Notes under the pieces: generated by a model
What the model saw: only the letters and a program-made list of their open reading frames with translations
What the model was told of the DNA's origin: nothing
Database searches by the model: none
DNA from: Gammaproteobacteria bacterium
GTDB taxonomy: Bacteria > Pseudomonadota > Gammaproteobacteria > JAKEHO01
Reading direction: 5' to 3'
NCBI GenBank assembly: GCA_027296625.1
Contig: JAPUIX010000170.1
Location: 10,559 to 74,558, forward strand
DNA: 64,000 bases
Made by a program: the position numbers and the translations under genes
Shown: one piece after another, positions 59,160 through 64,000 of the stretch
How the letters are laid out: the number at the start of each line of letters is the position of its first letter
How positions within the stretch are numbered: the stretch's first letter is position 1

Positions 59160-60665
59160 ATGACTTTAATCTCCCGCGTACTGGGATTATTGCGCGATAT
59201 GGCGATCGCACAATTATTTGGCGCGACTGCCGGGACGGATGCATTTTTTGTCGCGTTCAAGATCCCTAACTTTCTCCGGCGGCTCTTTGCCGAGGGTGCA
59301 TTTTCCCAGGCGTTTGTCCCGGTGCTAATGGAGTACAAGACGAAGCAGGCATCAGAGGACGTGCGACAACTTGTCGATCGGGTGTCCGGGACACTCGGCA
59401 TTGTCCTGTTTGGTGTGACTGCGCTGGGCATTGTTGCGGCGCCCGTTCTCGTTGCGGTGTTTGCGCCTGGGTTTATCGGCAGCGAGGATAGATATGACCT
59501 CAGCGTCTACATGCTGCGGATCACGTTTCCGTATCTGTTGTTTATCTCGCTTGCTGCCTTCGCGGGTGCGATTCTAAATTCCTACAGACAGTTCGGGGTG
59601 CCTGCATTTACGCCGGTCTTGCTGAACATCTCATTAATTCTCTGCGCTATCTTTCTTGCGCCGAGATTGGACAAGCCCATCACAGCCTTGGCCTGGGGTG
59701 TCTTTATTGGGGGCGCGGCGCAATTGCTTTTTCAATTGCCCTTTCTGCTACGCATAAAGCTCCTGCCGCGCCCGAAGATTAAACCGCATGATGAGGGCGT
59801 GAGACGGATCGTTAAACTTATGCTCCCTGCTCTATTCGGCGTGTCCGTCTCCCAGATCAATCTGATGGTCGACACTCTCATTGCATCGTTTCTAGTAACA
59901 GGCAGTGTCACCTGGTTGTATTACTCCGATAGGCTGGTTGAGTTTCCGTTGGGCGCGTTTGGCATCGCCTTGGCGACCGTGATCTTGCCAAGCTTGTCTG
60001 AAAAACACGCGCAAGGCTCTGTGGAAACGTTTTCCCATACATTGGACTGGGCCTTGCGGTGGGTCATTGTGCTCGGCGCACCGGCTACGTTGGGGTTGGT
60101 GATGCTCGCCGGCCCCATCTTAACGACTTTGTTTCAGTACAAAGAATTCAGTGGCTTTGATGTTGAGATGGCGAGTCGGAGTTTAATAGCCTATGCGTTT
60201 GGGTTGCTTGGCTTTATTTTCATCAAAGTACTTGCACCGGGATTCTTCGCGCGACAGAACACCCGAACCCCGGTGCGCATTGGCATTATCGCAATGCTCG
60301 TGAATATCGTATTAAACCTTATTTTTGTGGTCCCCCTTGCGCACGCGGGCCTCGCGCTGGCGACCTCACTGGCTGCGTTTCTAAATGCCGGACTCTTGTA
60401 TCGGGCACTCCGCGCCGAGGGCGTGTATCGACCCGTGCCCGGGTGGGCCTCACTACTGCTGCGCGTCGCCATCGCTTGCGGGGTCATGGGGGCTGTGTTA
60501 ACTGTGGGTGTGGGGGAGACCGTGACGTGGCTGTCTTGGGGGGTTTCTGCACGGCTTACGCATCTTGCACTGTGGATCGCAGTCGCTGTAGCCGCCTATT
60601 TGTTCTCTCTTTGGCTTGTAGGACTTCGCTGGCGCGACATGACAGTAAAGACCCGGCAGGTATAA
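59160..60665 (+). CDS. murJ: lipid II flippase MurJ (MviN)
   Basis: SRVLGLLRDMAIAQLFGA..TDAFFVAFKIPNFLRRLFAEGAFSQAFVPVL and about 14 TM helices. Homology continues upstream of the first ATG (see findings). Confidence 0.9.
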   Translation: MTLISRVLGLLRDMAIAQLFGATAGTDAFFVAFKIPNFLRRLFAEGAFSQAFVPVLMEYKTKQASEDVRQLVDRVSGTLGIVLFGVTALGIVAAPVLVAVFAPGFIGSEDRYDLSVYMLRITFPYLLFISLAAFAGAILNSYRQFGVPAFTPVLLNISLILCAIFLAPRLDKPITALAWGVFIGGAAQLLFQLPFLLRIKLLPRPKIKPHDEGVRRIVKLMLPALFGVSVSQINLMVDTLIASFLVTGSVTWLYYSDRLVEFPLGAFGIALATVILPSLSEKHAQGSVETFSHTLDWALRWVIVLGAPATLGLVMLAGPILTTLFQYKEFSGFDVEMASRSLIAYAFGLLGFIFIKVLAPGFFARQNTRTPVRIGIIAMLVNIVLNLIFVVPLAHAGLALATSLAAFLNAGLLYRALRAEGVYRPVPGWASLLLRVAIACGVMGAVLTVGVGETVTWLSWGVSARLTHLALWIAVAVAAYLFSLWLVGLRWRDMTVKTRQV

Positions 60666-60696
60666 TTACGCCTTTTGTTTTCTACGGTTACACCGC

Positions 60697-61656
60697 ATGG
60701 AGCTGATCCGTGGTTTATACAATCTCAGATCGCAACATAAGGGCTGCGTTGCGACCATCGGGAGCTTTGATGGTGTGCATTTGGGCCATCAGGTTGTTTT
60801 GAGTGCGTTAAAGGAAAGTGCGGCAAGTAAATCATTGCCTTCGGTGGTCATGACGTTTGAACCTCAGCCCCAGGAATTTTTTTCTCCCGCCGATGCGCCC
60901 GCAAGAATAACGCGCTTGCGCGAAAAGTCTGAGGCAATTGCAGAGTATGGAGTAACGTACTTGGTTTGCGTGCGATTTGATCAAGCATTGGCGTGGCTCT
61001 CGGCGGAGGAGTTCGTGCAGAAACTGTTAGTGGTTGGTATGGGCGTACGGCATCTGGTGGTAGGTGATGATTTTCGCTTTGGCAAGGGTCGCAAGGGCGA
61101 TTTTGCGAAACTTAGCGCCATGGGGGAGACGCTGGGATTTGGCGTCAGTGCGAGTTCAACTTGCACCGTCAATGGCGAACGCGTCAGCAGTACCCGCGTG
61201 CGCCAGGCGCTGGCAGACGGGGATCTCGAACTCGCCCGGCGGTTGCTTGGTAGGGATTACAGCATCAGCGGGCGGGTCGCCCATGGCGACAAGCGCGGAC
61301 GCACGCTTGGTTTTGCAACCGCCAATATTGAATTGCATCGCTTGCGCTCACCGGTGCGCGGCGTCTTTGCCGCAAGCGTCTCCGGTATTAGGCAAGACGC
61401 GCTTGCCGCCGTCGCGTACATCGGCACGCGTCCCGTGATCGACGGTAAGCGACAGTTGCTGGAAGTGCATATCTTTGACTTCGATCAAGAAATTTACGGG
61501 CGCTATTTGCGGGTCGCCTTGCTTAAGCAATTACGTGGAGAGTGGGAATTTAAATCGCTTGCCGCGCTTCAAAAACAGATTGCCGAGGATGCTGAGGAGG
61601 CGAAGGCGTTTTTTGCGTCAAAGCGCGACGGCAAAGAGGTTGAAAGCGTCCCGTGA
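60697..61656 (+). CDS. ribF: bifunctional riboflavin kinase / FMN adenylyltransferase
   Basis: ATIGSFDGVHLGHQ and GRTLGFATANI blocks. Confidence 0.95.
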   Translation: MELIRGLYNLRSQHKGCVATIGSFDGVHLGHQVVLSALKESAASKSLPSVVMTFEPQPQEFFSPADAPARITRLREKSEAIAEYGVTYLVCVRFDQALAWLSAEEFVQKLLVVGMGVRHLVVGDDFRFGKGRKGDFAKLSAMGETLGFGVSASSTCTVNGERVSSTRVRQALADGDLELARRLLGRDYSISGRVAHGDKRGRTLGFATANIELHRLRSPVRGVFAASVSGIRQDALAAVAYIGTRPVIDGKRQLLEVHIFDFDQEIYGRYLRVALLKQLRGEWEFKSLAALQKQIAEDAEEAKAFFASKRDGKEVESVP

Positions 61657-61707
61657 TCACAATCACCGCGCTAACTTGCCGCAAGATTTTTTTCTCGAGG
61701 TCTTTGC

Positions 61708-64000
61708 ATGGGTGATTACAAAGACACGCTGAACCTGCCTAAGACGGAGTTTCCCATGCGCGCCAATTTGGCCAAGCGCGAACCGGCGTTACTCGCCCGC
61801 TGGCAGGCGATGGATCTCTATCAAAAGATCCGCGAGCAAAGAGCCGAGTGTCCGAAATTTGTGCTTCACGACGGACCACCTTATGCCAATGGGGATATCC
61901 ATATTGGTCACGTGGTCAATAAGGTGCTCAAGGACATTGTGGTTAAAGCGCGCACCCTCATCGGGTTTGATGCTCCCTTTGTCCCCGGCTGGGATTGCCA
62001 TGGACTGCCCATCGAGCTCATGGTGGAGAAGGAGGTCGGTCAACCCGGTGTCGACGTGGATGCCAAGACCTTTCGACACGCCTGCCGCGCGTTTGCTCAA
62101 GAACAGGTCACACGCCAGCGCGCCGATTTTGAACGGCTCGGGGTGCTGGGCGACTGGTCGCGACCTTATCTGACCATGGACTTCGAGATCGAAGCCCATA
62201 TCGTCCGTTCCCTTGGCAGGATCATGGCGGCAGGCCACGTGCAGCGGGGCGCCAAGCCCGTGCACTGGTGCGCCGCGTGTGGCTCGGCGCTGGCTGAGGC
62301 CGAGGTGGACTACGAAGAGCGGCAATCACCGGCCATTGATGTCCGCTTTCGGGTAGTGGAAGACGATGCCGTATTCAAGCGCTGTCTATCGGTATCGCCT
62401 TGCGCGGGTGAGGGACCCATCTCGGTGGTGATCTGGACGACCACCCCCTGGACCTTACCGGCCAACCAGGCGGTGGCACTCCATCCAGAGGTCCCCTATG
62501 CCATCGTCCAGGGTCAGACACCCCAAGGCGCTGAGCGTCTGGTGGTGGCGGAACCGCTCGTGGAAACATTAATGATGCGTTACGGGGTGGCCAACTATGC
62601 CGTTATTGCGAGGTGTCCAGGCAAAGACCTGGAAGGGGTCAAACTCGCCCATCCGTTTTATGCGCGCACGGTGCCGCTGATCTTGGGTGAGCACGTGACG
62701 CTGGAGGCGGGCACCGGGGCAGTGCATACCGCGCCGGGCCATGGTCTTGATGATTATGTGGTGGGGGAGCGTTATGGGTTAGTAGTGGATAACCCGGTGG
62801 GTGGCGATGGTCGCTTTCTGTCGGACACGGAATTCTTTGCAGGCGAAGAGGTCTTTGCAGCCAATGCGGCGGTCATCAAGGTACTCCGCGATAAGGGCAC
62901 GTTGGTCTTTGAGGAGACCATCACCCACAGCTATCCGCATTGCTGGCGTCACAAGACCCCGATCATCTTTCGCGCCACGCCCCAGTGGTTTATCAGCATG
63001 GATGCCCATGGGTTGCGGGGCCAGGCACTGGCCGAGATTACCCGGATCACTTGGAACCCGGAGTGGGGTCAGCAGCGCATCGAAGGCATGGTGAAGAACC
63101 GGCCCGACTGGTGCATCTCACGGCAGCGGGCCTGGGGCACCCCGTTTCCTTTCCTGGTTCACCGGGAGACCGGTGAATTGCACCCCGAGACCCTGAGATT
63201 GATTGAAGACGTGGCTGAACGGATCGAAGTCGGCGGCATCGATGCCTGGTTTGATCTGGAACCGGCCGATCTGCTGGGTGAGGAGGCGGAACATTATGAG
63301 AAGGTGCCGGATACACTCGATGTCTGGTTTGACTCGGGCGTCACCCATGCCTCTGTGCTGGCACGGGATGACAGGCTCCGCTATCCGGCCGATCTTTATT
63401 TAGAAGGATCCGATCAGCATCGCGGTTGGTTCCAGTCTTCGCTCTTGACCTCGGTGGCGATGAATCAGATCGCGCCCTACCGGGCGGTGTTGACCCATGG
63501 GTTTACCGTGGATGCTGAGGGCATGAAGATGTCCAAGTCCCGGGGTAATGTTGTGGCGCCGCAAGCGGTGATCGACTCGCTGGGCGCCGATATTCTGCGC
63601 CTGTGGGTGGCGGCCACCGATTACCGGGGTGAGATGCGGGTCTCCGATGAGATCTTGAAACGCATGGCGGATGCCTATCGGCGGCTCCGCAACACGGCAC
63701 GCTTTCTGCTCGCCAATTTCAACGGCTTTGATTTCGCACGCGACCAGGTTGCGCCTGATGACATGATTAAGCTCGACCGGTGGGCTGTTGATCACGCCGC
63801 CCGGCTGCAGGAAGAGATCCTAGCGGCGTATGATGCCTGCCAATTCCACCTCATCTACCAGAAGCTACACCGGTTCTGCACGGTGGAGATGGGAAGCTTC
63901 TATCTCGATATCATCAAAGACCGCCAGTACACCACCCAACGGGATAGTTTTGCTAGGCGCTCGGCCCAGACAGCGATGTATCACATTGCCGAGGCCCTGG
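61708..64000 (+). CDS. ileS: isoleucine--tRNA ligase, 5' part only (runs off the window)
   Basis: Own translation from ATG 61708: [26 protein letters not shown]...[23 protein letters not shown] (HIGH motif). The KMSKS motif (MKMSKSRGN) sits near 63525. The ORF is absent from the supplied track because it has no stop in the window. Confidence 0.95.
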   Translation, partial: MGDYKDTLNLPKTEFPMRANLAKREPALLARWQAMDLYQKIREQRAECPKFVLHDGPPYANGDIHIGHVVNKVLKDIVVKARTLIGFDAPFVPGWDCHGLPIELMVEKEVGQPGVDVDAKTFRHACRAFAQEQVTRQRADFERLGVLGDWSRPYLTMDFEIEAHIVRSLGRIMAAGHVQRGAKPVHWCAACGSALAEAEVDYEERQSPAIDVRFRVVEDDAVFKRCLSVSPCAGEGPISVVIWTTTPWTLPANQAVALHPEVPYAIVQGQTPQGAERLVVAEPLVETLMMRYGVANYAVIARCPGKDLEGVKLAHPFYARTVPLILGEHVTLEAGTGAVHTAPGHGLDDYVVGERYGLVVDNPVGGDGRFLSDTEFFAGEEVFAANAAVIKVLRDKGTLVFEETITHSYPHCWRHKTPIIFRATPQWFISMDAHGLRGQALAEITRITWNPEWGQQRIEGMVKNRPDWCISRQRAWGTPFPFLVHRETGELHPETLRLIEDVAERIEVGGIDAWFDLEPADLLGEEAEHYEKVPDTLDVWFDSGVTHASVLARDDRLRYPADLYLEGSDQHRGWFQSSLLTSVAMNQIAPYRAVLTHGFTVDAEGMKMSKSRGNVVAPQAVIDSLGADILRLWVAATDYRGEMRVSDEILKRMADAYRRLRNTARFLLANFNGFDFARDQVAPDDMIKLDRWAVDHAARLQEEILAAYDACQFHLIYQKLHRFCTVEMGSFYLDIIKDRQYTTQRDSFARRSAQTAMYHIAEAL

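Noticed and set aside
61789-62325. 178-aa minus-strand ORF
   Set aside because: It lies antisense within ileS, whose plus-strand frame is open from 61708 to the window end and carries the HIGH and KMSKS motifs.
1-64000. CRISPR arrays, rRNA genes, long tandem repeats, intact IS elements or prophage genes
   Set aside because: I looked for regularly spaced repeats, rRNA-like segments, integrase, transposase or capsid-like ORFs and saw none. Only the weak ISL3-like fragment noted above turned up.

Overview
This is a 64-kb chromosomal window from a moderately GC-rich, hopanoid-producing proteobacterium. All calls rest on motif and family recognition by eye; no BLAST or HMM search could be run.

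Housekeeping synteny looks gamma/beta-like: rng-yhdP, ispB | rplU-rpmA-obg-proB, and rpsT | murJ-ribF-ileS.

**Left third (0-27.7 kb):**
- fumC.
- A partly decayed LPS/lipid A neighbourhood: GnnA/GnnB-like oxidoreductase and aminotransferase, three gene remnants, kdkA, lpxI-lpxB, a CPBP protease and lpxA.
- acnA, mnmA, a NUDIX gene, an NhaD-type antiporter, yhdP, rng and glcDEF.

**Centre (27.8-48.7 kb):** a large hopanoid locus.
- Genes present: mlaA-like, hpnM, hpnB, hpnH, dxs, hpnL, hpnA, hpnN, hpnG, shc and a single-enzyme squalene synthase.
- The same-strand operon also carries a complete 2-aminoethylphosphonate (AEP) pathway: a PEP mutase fused to a nucleotidyltransferase, phosphonopyruvate decarboxylase and AEP transaminase.
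- It further carries a second LicC/PntC-like nucleotidyltransferase and a PhyH-family dioxygenase.
- Diverging from the squalene synthase is a three-gene inositol cassette typical of di-myo-inositol-phosphate synthesis in hyperthermophiles: inositol-3-phosphate synthase, an IMPase-family phosphatase and a bifunctional IPCT/DIPPS-type enzyme.
- These two head-group modules, physically wired into the hopanoid locus, are the best candidates for undescribed biology.

**Right (52.3-64 kb):**
- A low-GC patch next to tRNA-Pro(CGG). It holds an orphan ClpP paralog whose catalytic Ser is Gly, and a truncated DUF4062-like gene.
- A conserved translation and cell-envelope block follows, ending in ileS, which runs off the window.

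Six genes are disrupted as given. Two disruptions sit in homopolymers, including proB, so sequencing error has to be excluded. No CRISPR array, rRNA gene or intact mobile element was seen.
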